Shown: piece by piece, positions 50,719-63,206 of the stretch | Position numbering within the stretch: the first letter of the stretch is position 1 | Layout of the letters: each line of letters opens with the position of its first letter | DNA from: Azolla caroliniana | Lineage: Eukaryota; Plantae; Polypodiophyta | Length of the DNA: 64,000 nucleotides | Direction of reading: 5' to 3' | NCBI GenBank assembly: GCA_043228905.1 | Contig: JBHGNT010000011.1 | Coordinates: forward strand, 10,974,001 to 11,038,000 | Made by a program: the position numbers and the translations under genes | Notes under the pieces: generated by a model | Database searches by the model: none | What the model saw: only the letters and a program-made list of their open reading frames with translations | What the model was told of the DNA's origin: nothing

Positions 50719-53700
50719 GTCTAGCCAAAATAGGAGCTGTTTGGTTGGACAGCAACCCTAGATCTGTACAGCCCATTAGTGGTTCCATTCCTTCCAAGCA
50801 AGTTAGCAATGTGTTCCTAGCCCAAGTCATTGTTAGTACTAAAAGTACTCCCCCAGTACCCATCCTAGCACTCTTAGATTCCGGCGCTAATTCCTGTTTC
50901 ATGGATCGAAATTTTGCCCAAGCTTCTCAGATATCCCTAAGAAAACTTCCTTGTCCCGCATCTATAGTAGTCATTGATGGTCGTCCCATTGCTTCCGGGA
51001 ATATTGTAGAAGAATCAGAACCCATTCAAGTTGTCCTAGGTAGTTTTGTGTGTGTAATATCATTTAATATAATTAGTAGTCCAGAGTATCCCATTGTCCT
51101 AGGATTACCTTGGTTTGAATTACATAATCCAGCCATAGATTGGAGAACAAGAGAAGTCCGATATCGACCACCCCAAGAATCTACTCATCGAGTTTCGACC
51201 ATTTCACTCCATCAATTACGCGAAGAAGGACACAAGGAGGCAATGTTCCTATTTGCAATATCAGTACATCCTTCCAACACTATTAAGAAGGACTCCTCAG
51301 TACAACTTCCGGCAAAATATCATCCTTATGCCGATGTATTTGACAAGGTAAAAGCCGGTACCCTTCCTCATCACCGTCCCTATGACTGTCCCATCGATTT
51401 ACAACCAGGAACCGAGCCACCATGGGGACCAATTTACAACTTGTCACCCACCGAGTTAGAAGTCCTTCGAGCCTACATTGAGGAGAACTTGGCAAGCGGG
51501 TTCATCTGCCATTCGAAATCTCCGGCCGATGCACCCATCTTCTTTGTCAAGAAGAAAGATGGCTCACTTCGTCTCGTCATTGATTACCGCAGATTGAATA
51601 AGGTCACCATCCGGAATAGGTATGCACTTCTCTTATATCAAGTCTTTTAGAGCGAGTTAATGGTGCCAAGTTTTTTACCAAAATCGATCTACGAGGAGCG
51701 TATAACCTCGTGCGGATCCGACCGGGAGATGAATGGAAGACCGCCTTTCGCACGCGGTATGGGCATTTTGAGTATACTGTTATGCCGTTCGGCCTAACCA
51801 ATGCACCTGCAGTCTTCCAACACATGGCAAATTATATATTCAGAGACCTCTTGGATATCTGTTTGATCATCTATCTTGATGATCTATTGATTTATTCGAA
51901 GACCCAGCAAGAGCACGATTCTCATGTACTATTAGTACTAAAGCGACTCCGCGAGAATGGTCTTTATGCCAAGCTAGAAAAATGTAGCTTTGACTGCAAG
52001 CAAGTGGAATTTCTAGGCTACGTCATCTCCTCAAAGGGCATCGCCATGGATCCAGCTAAAGTCCAAACTATACTAGAGTGGCAAATTCCACGATCGGTAC
52101 GAGATGTACAATGTTTTCTAGGTTTTGCTAACTTCTACCGTAAGTTTATACAGGATTACTCGAAGATTATCTTACCCCTCACACAACTTACGAAGAAGGG
52201 CCAAGCATTTCTTTGGTCCATTGAAGCAGATATGGCTTTTCGGCATCTTAAGAAAGCCTTTACATCAGCACCGATTCTAGCTCATGTGGATACTAGCAAA
52301 CCATTTATCATGGAGGCCGATGCTTTAGATTTCGCCCTTGGTAGCATCCTTTCTCAACAAGGAGATAAAGAAGAATTGCATCCGGTGGCTTTCCATTCGC
52401 GCAAATTCGATGTTGCGAAAATCAACTACGAAATACATGACAAGGAGTTATTAGCCATCGTGGATTCATTTGTGCAATGGTGGCATTTCTTAGAGGGCTC
52501 TCCACATCAGGTTGTTGTCTTTAGTGATCATAAAAATCTTGCTTATTTCCAGAACGCTCACGTACTAAATCGACGGCAAGCTCGGTGGGCGCAATTCCTC
52601 ACGCGTTTCGACTTCAAAATCACATATTGACCGGCGAAGCAGCAAGGAAAAGCAGATGCACTATCACGACGTTCATATCTTGCACCTCGTCCTGGTGATC
52701 CAACATTTGATAATCAAAAGCAAGTAATCTTGGGACCAACACGATTGCACACAACGCGGATTTTTCAGACCCCGATGGATTCACGGATTACCGATGACAT
52801 ACATGCAAACTTGAAGACGGATAGTTTTGCTCAAGACATCCTGGCGTACATTAATACTTCTCGGGCATCCTGTTCTCAGTCTCAAAAACCAGGTATTGAC
52901 TACCGACAATTAGAATATCTTGATGGTTTGTTATTCTTTAAAAAGCGCGTATATGTCCCCGATTGCTCTTGTCGCCTTCAAATCGTCCAGCATTGTCACG
53001 ACACCCATACGGCGGGACATTTCGGTAGTACTAACACGTTGGAGCTAGTACAACGATCTTTTTGGTGGCCCCACATGCGCCGTTTTGTCGACGACTACGT
53101 TCGGACTTGTGATGCTTGCTGCCGAGCAAAGATGCCATGACACCATCCATATGGCTTGTTGGAACGCTTACCGATTCCAAATAAGCCGTGGCAGTCTATT
53201 TGTCTTGATTTTATCATAGATCTGCCGGTCTCACAGGGGTTCGATGCCATCTTAACCGCCGTCGATCGATATACGAAGATGGCACATTTTGTTCCGTGTA
53301 CTAAGGCCATCACTAGCGAGGAAACCGCCGCCCTAGTCATGCGTGAGGTATTTCGGCATCATGGCCTCCCAGACAGTATCATTAGTGACCAAGGACCGCA
53401 ATTTGTCTCCAAATTTTGGCAGCATCTCTTCAAGATGCTCAAGGTCTCTTGCAACCTCTCCTCTGGCTACCATTCTCAGACCGATGGGCAGGCAGAACGA
53501 ACAAACCAAACATTGGAGCAATATCTCCGGTGTTTCCTGAGTTATCAACAGGATGATTGGGCCGAGATTCTCCACTTTGTGGAGTTTGCGTATAATAATG
53601 TTGTTCACTCCTCGACTCGAGTCTCCCCATTCTACGCTTATACCGGTTCTCATCCTCGCTGGTCGGTGATCGACACCCCGGAGCTACCTACCAATCCTCG

Positions 53701-54256
53701 TGTCGGGGATCATTTGGAGAGACTACGCAAGATTCAGACAGATCTCTCGACTCATCTTCGTCATGCTCAACAGACACAGAAGACTTACGCGGATCGTTAT
53801 CGGCTTCCCTCGTCTTTTGCCATTGGAGATCGAGTATGGCGGTGCGACAAGTTGGATTATTGACAACTCAGTCCTTTCCGTATTTCGGGTAAAGTTAATG
53901 ATGTCACATTCTGCCTTGATCTCCCTCCGCAGCTTCAGATACATCCGGTTTTCTATTGTTCTCTTCTTGAACCTTATAAAGCAAACACCATTCCCGATCG
54001 TGTTACACCACCGCCGCCCCCACTGGAGTTGGACGCCGGCCCGGAGTATGAAGTTGCTGCTATCCTCGATTCCAAACTTATTCGCAACAAACTTTATTAT
54101 TTGGTCGATTGGGTTGGTTATAGTCCGAGCAAACGCACTTGGGAACCCGTCGAGCATGTTGCCAATGCTCAGGATCTGCTTGCTGATTTCCACCGAAAGT
54201 ATCCGGACAAACCCGGTCCGCAATCAGCGCACATTTGTTCCACTCGTCCTCTTTAA
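50706..54256 (+). pseudogene. pol: Element L pol (PR-RT-RH-INT-chromodomain) in the -1 frame, few lesions
   Basis: [40 protein letters not shown]...YYLVDWVGY....TWEP. Confidence 0.93.
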
Positions 54257-55076
54257 GGGGGAGATAGTGTCATGATATGGCAAGACTCGAACCCATGACC
54301 TTATGGTATATGGTTCGAGCTCTTAACCATCACACATCTATTGTAATTCATAGGATATTATTTTCATTTATGTTTTATTATAAGAAAGTAATGTATATTC
54401 CAGATTTCTCTGGAACATTCTAGAAGTTTCAGGATTACTCCTGACAACACTATAAAAGAAGGCACTAGGCATTATGTTGAACCAAATTGGTTCAACGCCA
54501 GTCTTAAGCCTCTCAGCCGCTTTGTACTTATCTTTTCACATAATATATTAGTTGTTGTCATCATCTTTCTCTCTCTCTCTCCTCTTCTCACTTCCTTTCT
54601 CAGGAATCTTACGCAGTCCCGTCCTCTTAGTACTAATAGTACTACTCTTCTTAGTACTAATTCCATCTCTGCTTTAGTACTATTCCTGATAGTGAATGGG
54701 TTTCGACTCAAGCCATACTATGGACCCATGCCAAGGAACCCGTTTGAGCAGACAAAGGCTGACACCGCACCGGACACCGGTAAGCACAATCCGGAGAAGG
54801 GTCCGTTTGGGCCGGATACATATTAACAAGATCGAAAAAATATAAAAAACAAAAAATAATAATAATAATAATCAAATCAAATCAAATCCAATCAAAACTA
54901 AACTACGCAATGGCGAGGAGCGAACGAACACATGCAATGAAAAGGAGGGGTGAACGGGCACTTGGAAAAGCCAAGTAGTGGGCTATTTATAGCGCATTAA
55001 AACGCAGCCATGTGGCACTTCATTGCCATTATAGTACACAACGTTCGCATGCACAAGAATCAAGAAAGGCGCGAAC

Positions 55077-58000
55077 ATGCAAAAAGAAAACCTACACCGC
55101 ATGGAGGCCTTTTCATTTCGCGAACAGAGAATTGCAAACGCACACAGGCGATTGAAGATAATCAAACGCAAGCACCCAGAGCCCCCTAACACACCCACCT
55201 CGCCAGCAACCACCGACTCTGAAGGAGAAATGGACTGCATAACACTCTCTAAGGCAGCCAAGAAGTGGTTAAAGCAGCATGGATTGGAAGGATTCTTGAG
55301 GATCATGGAGGCACCACCACACAAAGAGGCGGAAAGGGTTGTCAAAGCCATCGACACAGAAGTAATCACAGAGGAGGCCATCTACACCCTGATGGGCCTA
55401 CCAAAGGGCGGCATCTTCACTGTCGACAACCCTACCCCAGAGCAACTCACGAAATACTTCGGTGAGTATTCTCTGGCTAGCAAGGCATATCGCACACAGG
55501 GCGGCGACGATGGCTTATTTCGTGAGATTGCTCGTGTACTGCACGAGTATGGCCATGTGTACCCTCGACCCCCGGCAATGCCTAGGAATAGAGCCGGGTT
55601 AATTATCGCCACATATGAAGGTCTACAGGTGGACTGGTCAGTGCTGATCGCTGACGAACTGCGCGCGACCATCGACTCGGTATGAGGGAAGGATGGAAGG
55701 AAAATATGGTCGGCAATGGCGCAATGGCTCACACTATTAGCACCACCAGTGGAGCGCAACACGGCAAGGAAGCTGGGAAGATCAGCCGAAGGAACCTCCA
55801 AACCGGCAGTTGTTATTGGTTGTTAAGGCAACCAAGGGGAAGGAGGCTGACACTGAGAAAATGGCGAACAAGCGGCCTAACCAGGCGGAGATGCAGGAGG
55901 CAACACCGGCACGGCCAATAAAAATTACATTTCGCCGACCGGGTCAACAGGAGCCAGATCCTTTGGCCATGAAAATCAATCTGGGGACTCAGGAGGAGGA
56001 AACGGCGGAGGAGCCCAGCGAGCACCTCCAGTGGCACTAGAAGAAGAGCATTGCAGACCATGCCAGGAGGCAATCGGGTCCAGAAAAGGATAGGACACCG
56101 ATACCCCGCACTGAGGGCCCAGAGCCAAGGGTGGAAGCGGAACCGGTTCAAACAGAACCGGTCACAGAAGTCCCTGCGCCGCAGGCTCCGCCGGTGGGTC
56201 AGAGCATGACAAGACTGGTGATTCAAGAGTCGGTGAATCCGTTGTCTACATCATTGGCACACCAGGACCAACTAGAGCTGGAACGGCCGACTCAGGCACA
56301 ACCAGAGCCGGTACTACCAAGTGGTACTCAACCAGAGCCAGAGATGTCCACCAGACCAGATCGGACACTGGCAAGCGCAGAAATCGGCCAACCCTCCGCG
56401 CCACCACGGCCACAAGGCACCGGTAGCCAATGGTTGCGGTGGATCGGTGAGCAAATAGCCGGAGTGGTACATTATATGGAGGCAGAGGAGAAAGCACAAG
56501 TGGACCAGTTGCTAGCCACAACTAGAGAACTAGAGAAGGCCCGACCAAGATCCAGAGCTTGGAACAAGAAGTGGAAATACCCAAAGGAAGAATTGGCTAA
56601 GAAGTTCATCACAGGACCCCAGGAACAGGAACCGCTGGCTCCGCGGTACATGTACAGAATAATGAAACACCGGCAATTGTACATAGTAATATGGCCCCGG
56701 TACCGGGAACAAACCCGAATATAATTACAGCGCAAGCACAAGAGCTAGTTGTTCTCAAAGAAGACTTGGCCGCACAGGAAGCATTGCGGGCCAGGGAAAG
56801 AGAATTAAAAATGGTGGCGGAGGAGCAACAACGGAAGACTACTAACAATCTCCGACGAACCGAAGAAAGTTTGCGTAAGGGACATCAAGCCTATGACCAG
56901 CTTAAGGAAGAGAAAGAAAAAGTGTTGCAAGAGAAGGATAAACTCCGAAGGATGGCGATAACGGAGATCGAGAGACCCAAAGAAGAGCTTCGGCAACAAA
57001 AGGATAGGGAAGACCGAGCTCACTGCCAGATCAACCAAAAGTTGAAGAAGAAAACAGAAGAGTTTGACCGCCTGCACTGGGATTATAAACATGTTGAGTC
57101 GGAATACAAGAAGCTCATCACCGATAGTGACCGGCAGCAGGAGAAGATCTTCGAGCTCCAGAATGAAGTGCAACGGACGGAGACGGCACTAGCGGAAGAA
57201 TGGGCTGAGAAGGAAACCATACGAGCTAAAGCAGCGCAGGAACGCATGGAACTCTAGATGCAACATCATGCGGAAACGGAACACGCTACCATGGTCTTGC
57301 AAAGAGTGTGGACAACATATCAGAATCAACTGGTGCGCTACAAGGACCAGGAGGTGGTGACGGCGAACCTGATCAAACAGTTGAAAGATGACCGGCAGGC
57401 TATTGAAGACAAATCAAAGATGGGGTTGGAGCGGATCCGGTGCATTGTACATGCATGGAAGAATCGAACGAAGCGTTTGATTGAAAACAACTCAGTATTA
57501 TGGTGGTCAAAATGGGCAAAGCATGTTGCCGAGCTACAGTTGTTGAGGGCGGACGGGAAAAACCGGCAGAAAGAAGGCGATGAGTTCTATAAGCTGGAAA
57601 AGGAAGAATTTGTTGCCCTGAAAGATGAATTGGCGAAGGACTTCGTAGCGTTGGCTGATGAACAAATAACGGTGGTCCGGCAACTAGTTGCACAACTAGA
57701 CGATGATCGGCTGGATAACCAAATCCAATTTGAAAGTTACGAAAAGAAGAGGCTACGGCAAGAGGTGACGAAGAGCATAGCAACAATCAATCTTAGTGAT
57801 GAAGAGCCATCGTCGGAGCAAGGGACGGACAGAGCCAAGGCCAGGACAAGCCAACCGGATGTAACTTAGGAGGAGGAGCCAAGGGAGGAAGCGTCGCAAC
57901 AACCACCGGCACCGAGAGCGGCGCAGCAGCCATTGGAGGAGCAACGCCCAGAAGAACTGGAGACCGCACAGTAGCAGGAATCACAGCAACAGCGAACGGA

Positions 58001-58170
58001 GCAGCAGGCGAAGCAACGGTCACAGCTAACGAAGCAACCACAGGAGGAACAACAATGGCAGGAGCACCAACAACATGAGGAGCAACAACAATCCGATCAG
58101 CCTTCCGAAGAACCCTTAGAGCCCCTCGATCAGAGCATTCTGGACATTTTAGACAAGGATTGAAGGCCGG
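55077..58170 (+). pseudogene. Element J extra 3' ORF: plant-transposon (PMD/Athila-ORF-like) N-domain, Pro-rich linker, long coiled coil
   Basis: ORF chain 55077-55685, 55810-56040, 56131-56724, 56691-57257, 57258-57869; motifs ITEEAIYTLMGLPKGG and GLQVDWSVLIADEL. Confidence 0.7.
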
Positions 58171-61100
58171 ATAGTGGGATTCGACGTACAACGTACTGTC
58201 CCATAGGCGTGCCATGTGTTAGCCAACCGGCAAGGAGTGGAGGATAGTCCAGAATATGAAAGGGCAGAAATAATCGCAGGTTGTTATTAGGATTAAGTAA
58301 TTAAGTAGATTTTAGAGAAGTGAATGGACGGACCAGAATCGGTATGCCGATTCGGATCCGGATCGGTTCATATTAGTGTGCCGGTTGGCACCGTTTTGTA
58401 GGCAGAACCAGTGATCTATAAAAAGGCCCAGTTACATTGTAAATGACGACGGATAATTAATAAAGCCCTATTGTCTTATTTATGTGTATTGATTACCGTT
58501 TTGTTCTAATTACTTTCTATCTTACGCATGTATTAAGAGTAAGGATATGTTGCTTAAGTAACTGATTAAGGTCTGATTAATCATCAGTTTATCTCTGTTT
58601 CACCGTAACACCCTTTGGTGAAGTGTCTTATGTAGACACCCTGTGTTAGGCTATTGTCCGGCCCTAAGGAGTAACAACCAGCGAGGATGAGAACCGGTAT
58701 AAGCGTAAAATGGGGAGACCCGAGTCGAGGAGTGAACAACATTATTATATGCAAACTCCGCAAAGTGGAGAATCTCGGCCCAATCGTCCTGTTGATAACT
58801 CAGAAAACACCAGAGATATTGTTCCAGCATTTGGTTTGTTCGTTCTGTCTGCCCATCAGTCTGGGGATGGTAGCCGGAGGAGAGGTTGCAAGAGACCTTG
58901 AGCATCTTGAAGAGATACTGCCAAAATTTGGAGACGAATTGAGGTCCTCGATCACTGAGGATACTGTTGGGGAGGCCATGATGCCGAAATACCTCACGCA
59001 TGACAAGGGCGACAGTTTCCTCGCTAGTGATGGCCTTAGTACACGGCACAAAATGTGTCATCTTGGTATATCAATCGACGATGGTTAAGATAGCATCAAA
59101 CCCCTTCGAGACCGGTAGATCTGTGATAAAATCAAGACAAATAGACTGCCAAGGCTTACTTGGAATCGGTAAGGGTTCCAACAATCCATATGGATGGTGT
59201 CGGGGCATCTTTGCTCGACAGCAAACATCACAAGTCCGAACGTAGTCGTCGATAAAACGTCACATATGGGGCCACCAAAAAGATCGTTGAACGAGATCCA
59301 ACGTCTTAGTACTACCGAAATGTCCCGTCGTATGGGTGTCATGACAATTTTGGACAATTCAAAGGCGATAGGAGCAATCGGGGACTTCTAACTCGGTGGG
59401 GGACAAGTTGTAAATTGGTCCCCATGGTGGCTCTGCTCCCGGTTGTAAATCGATGGGACAATCATAGGGACGATGATGAGGAAGAGTAACGGCTTTTACC
59501 TTGTCAAATACATCGGCATAAGGATGATATTTCGCCGGAAGTTGCACTAAGGATTCCTCCTTAATAGTGTTAGAAGGATGTACTGATATTGCAAATAGGA
59601 ACATTGCCTCCTTGTGTCCTTCTTCGCGTAATTGACGTAGTGAAATGGTCGAAACTCGATGAGTAGATTCTTGGGGTTGTCGATGTCAGACTTCTCTTGT
59701 TCTCCAATCTATGTCTGGATTATGTAATTCAAACCAAGGTAATCCCAATGGGATGCTCTGGACTACTAATTATATTAAATGCTACTACACACACAAAACT
59801 ACCTAGGACAACTTGAATGGGTTCTGACTCTTCTACAATATTCCCGGAAGCAATGGGACGACCATCAATGACTATTACAAATGCGGGGCAAGGAAGTTTT
59901 CTTAAGGATATCTGAGAAGCTTGGGCAAAATTTCGATCCATGAAACAAGAATTAGCTCCAGAATCTAGAAGTGCTAGGGCATGTACTAGGGGAGTACTTT
60001 TAGTACTAACCATGACTTGGGCTAGGAACACATTGCTAACTTGTTTGGAGGGAATGGAACCACTAATGGGTTGTACAGATCTAGGGTTGTCCAACCAAAT
60101 GGATCCTATTTTGGCTAGACTCAATCGTTAAACTCTTCATCTAATTGACTAAGGATTTCAAATTTGTTTGAGATACTTGGGCTATTAGTACAATTAATAC
60201 TATCAAACACTCTATTAGTACTATTAATACTATCAGACACTCCTAAGGGAAGAATTGACTCGGGTTTAGTACAGGCTATGATTTGATTTACCTGTCTTCT
60301 TGGCCTATGGGGACAATTGATTGCGATATGACCTGGTCCACCGCAATAAAGACATAATCGATTTGCACGTTGTCGTTGCTTTTCTTCTTCCGATAATGGG
60401 CCACGTCGACGCATGGTGTCAATCTCCATCGGTGTCGGAGTATTTGCTTGACGTATGTCTCGTGCAAACGGTTTAGCCGCGACTGAGCCGTAATTGGGCT
60501 TCGGCCTAGAGCGTGGTATTTGTAATTGACGTTCCGAACGTCGTTCGAAAAGGCGGTTGTCACATCGGACCGCTCGACTGATTGCCTCCGTAAGAGACTT
60601 TGGTTCTTCGGGTAATGTTGGAAGTAGATCTTTGACATCGTTTTGCAGGCCATAGCGAAACTGCTCCATTAGTGCCTGATCATCCCAGGGGATATCTAAA
60701 GCGAGTAGACGGAAATCCGTCGCGTAGGCAAAGGCTGGATGATCGCCTTGACGCAATCGTCGGATTTTGTTGATCGTCGTCTGGATGTTGTATGTATCTC
60801 CAAAGCAAGCTTTAAACTCACTAATAAAGTCTTCAAAGTTATTAAGGGCGATTGTTTTTCCAGAAGCGAAGCAAACCATGCGAAGGTTGAGCCGCTAAGC
60901 AACGTGCCTATTAAGTTGATTCGGGATGCATCAGTGGGGTATCGAGATGGATGCATTTGAATGACTAAGCGTACCTGATTCAGGAATCCCCTAAATTGCG
61001 ATCGCGTTCCATCAAATTTCACAGGAAGTCCAATCTTGGGCTCTTTATGAAATCCGTGGGGACTTGATCCTTGTTGTTGCAATGCTGCTTCGAGTTGTTG

Positions 61101-62832
61101 CACACGTAACGCTAACTCCCCATGTTGTTGCTTCGTTTGCTGTTTTTCTAGGGAGATTTGTTGAAGATCCCCTATACAACCGTTGGTTTTCTTGTTCCAA
61201 GGCAACAAATTTTTCTTTTAGACATTGTAGCTTAGAGAAAATGGATTGGTATTCTTGGGCGCTAATAGAAGCCATTGTATAGAAAAAGGATAAGAGGATG
61301 AGGGAAACCAAAAGAAAGACTAGAGAGGAAATTGGTTCAAACTGTCAGGAATAGTACTAAAACAGAGAGAGAATTAGTACTGGAGAAGGGAAGTACTATT
61401 AGTACTAAGAGGAAGGGATTGTGTAAGACTCCCGAGAGGGAGGAAAGAGAAGAGAAGAGAGAGAGAGAGAGATGATGATAACAGATGATATATTATAGGA
61501 AGAGTGAGTACAAGATGGCTATGAGGCTTAAGACTGGCGTTGAACCAATTTGGTTCAACGTAATGCCTAGTGCCTTCTTTTATAGTGTTCTCAGGAGTAA
61601 TCTTGAAGCTTCTAGAATGTTCCAGAGAAATTTGGAATATACATTAATTTCCTATAATAAAACTTAAATGAAAATAATATCCTACGTATTACAAAAGGTG
61701 GTATAATGATCAAGAGCTCGACCCATATAACATAAGGTCATGGGTTCGAGTATTGTCATATCATGACACTCGGAGTATTCACTGGAGACGCATTATATGA
61801 CTCCCTCGGAAAAGGTTTCGCTACCACTGAGGCGTAGGTGGGCTCTGATCTTGCCCTCGGCATCTGGAATTGTCGTTCCGAACGTCATTCGAAAAGGCAG
61901 TTGTCGCATCTCACCGCGCGACTGATTACTTCTGTTAATAACTTTGCTTCTTCGGGGAAGGTCAAGAGTAAATCCTTGACATCGTTGCGTAAACCATAAC
62001 AAATTTGCTCCATCAATGCTTGATCATCCCAAGGGATATCGGTGGCGAGTAGGCGGAAATCTGCAGGGTATACGGAGGTTGGACGATCACCTTGGCATAA
62101 TCGTCGGATTTTGTTGATTGTTGTCCTTATGTTGTTAGTATCTCCAAAACAAGCTTTAAATTCACTTATAAATTCTTCAAAATTGTTTAGTAATGGAGAT
62201 TCCTTTTCTAACAACGGAGCGAACCATGCCAATGTTGAGCCACTAAGTAGAGTGCCTACTAGTCCCACTCGTGATGCATCAGTGGGATATCGAGAAGGAT
62301 GCATTTGAATCACTAAACGTACCTGATTAAGAAAAACTCTAAACTGTGATCGGGTCGCATCAAATTTTGTAGGAAAACCAATCTTGGGTTCTTTGTGAAT
62401 CCCTTGAGTGCTTGATCCTTGTTGTTGTAGTGATATAATAGTCGCTTCAAGTTGTTGTACATGTAACGTCAGCTCCCCATGTTGTTGTTGTTTTTCCAAC
62501 ACTATTGGTTGAAGACCCCCCAACAAACGGTGATTTTCAATCTGAGAAAACATATTGGTATTCCTGAGCGCTAACAGTTTCCATTTTACTAGGGAGGATA
62601 ACAAGATTAGTATGAAGGGAAAAAAGGGGCAACAAGATGAGGGAAACCGGAAAGAAGGCCGGAAAAAAGGGGATATGTAAGAAGATAAAAGGAAGAGGAG
62701 GAAAGGAGGAGACGGAAGGAGGGAAAATCGGTTCAAACTGTCAAGAATAGTACTGAGACAGAGAAGAAATTAGTACTAAGAGAGGAATATTACTACTAAG
62801 AGGAATAGAGGGTGTAGAACACTCGAGAGAAG

Positions 62833-62843
62833 GAGAGAGAGAG

Positions 62844-62896
<53 letters not shown>
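62833..62896. repeat. (GA)n(GT)n(GA)n microsatellite in the H 5' LTR
   Basis: Directly visible; other Tcn1 LTR copies have only (GA)n. Confidence 0.9.
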
Positions 62897-63129
62897 TCGA
62901 GGGAGAGAAAATGATGATGACAACAATATATTATGTGAGAAGAATACACAAGGAAGGCTGGGAGGCTTAAGACTGGCATTGAACCAATTTGGTTTGAAAT
63001 AATGCCTTGTGCCTCCTTTTATAGTGTTCTCAGGAGTAACCCTGAAGCTTCTAGAAGTTCCAGAGAAATCTGGAATATACATTAATTTTCTATAGTAAAA
63101 CTTAAATAAAATTAATATCCTACGTATTA

Positions 63130-63206
63130 CAATAGGTAGTGTAATGGTCAAGAGCTCGACCCATCTAACATAACGTCATGGGTTCGAGTCTTGTCATATC
63201 ATGACA
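63130..63206 (+). promoter_or_regulatory. tRNA-like Pol III A/B-box cassette at the U3 terminus of Tcn1 LTRs (antisense; variants in all six LTR copies)
   Basis: TAGTGTAATGG at 63137 and GGTTCGAGTCT at 63181, 44 nt apart. Confidence 0.62.

Larger units (their letters stand above)
49066..54691 (+). mobile_element. Element L: full-length Tcn1-like chromovirus
   Basis: 424-bp LTRs 49066-49489 and 54268-54691; PPT AAGGGGGAGATAG; imperfect flanks GTGCG / GTGAA. J integrase reads through. Confidence 0.95.
42629..58676 (+). mobile_element. Element J: non-chromovirus Ty3/gypsy with an extra 3' ORF
   Basis: LTRs 42629-43169 and 58217-58676; perfect TSD ACCAG; PBS TGGCGACCACG 43177-43187 (probably tRNA-Arg). 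Confidence 0.94.
41494..61768 (-). mobile_element. Element I: Tcn1-like chromovirus with RT/RH deleted, inserted in H gag
   Basis: LTRs 41494-41943 and 61343-61768; flanks GTCGG / CTCGG. H gag reads through (VNTP|TSMEIDT). gag 60121-61277, PR 59729-60124, deletion near 59385, INT 58682-59385 and 41944-42628. Confidence 0.9.
36990..63206 (-). mobile_element. Element H: Tcn1-like chromovirus, probably two copies fused by a deletion
   Basis: 3' LTR 36990-37415 with PPT; CHD-INT-RH-RT 37416-41265; abrupt jump to the gag end; gag 61769-62600; 5' LTR 62739-63206. Flanks CCTCC / CGAAG do not match. Confidence 0.75.
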
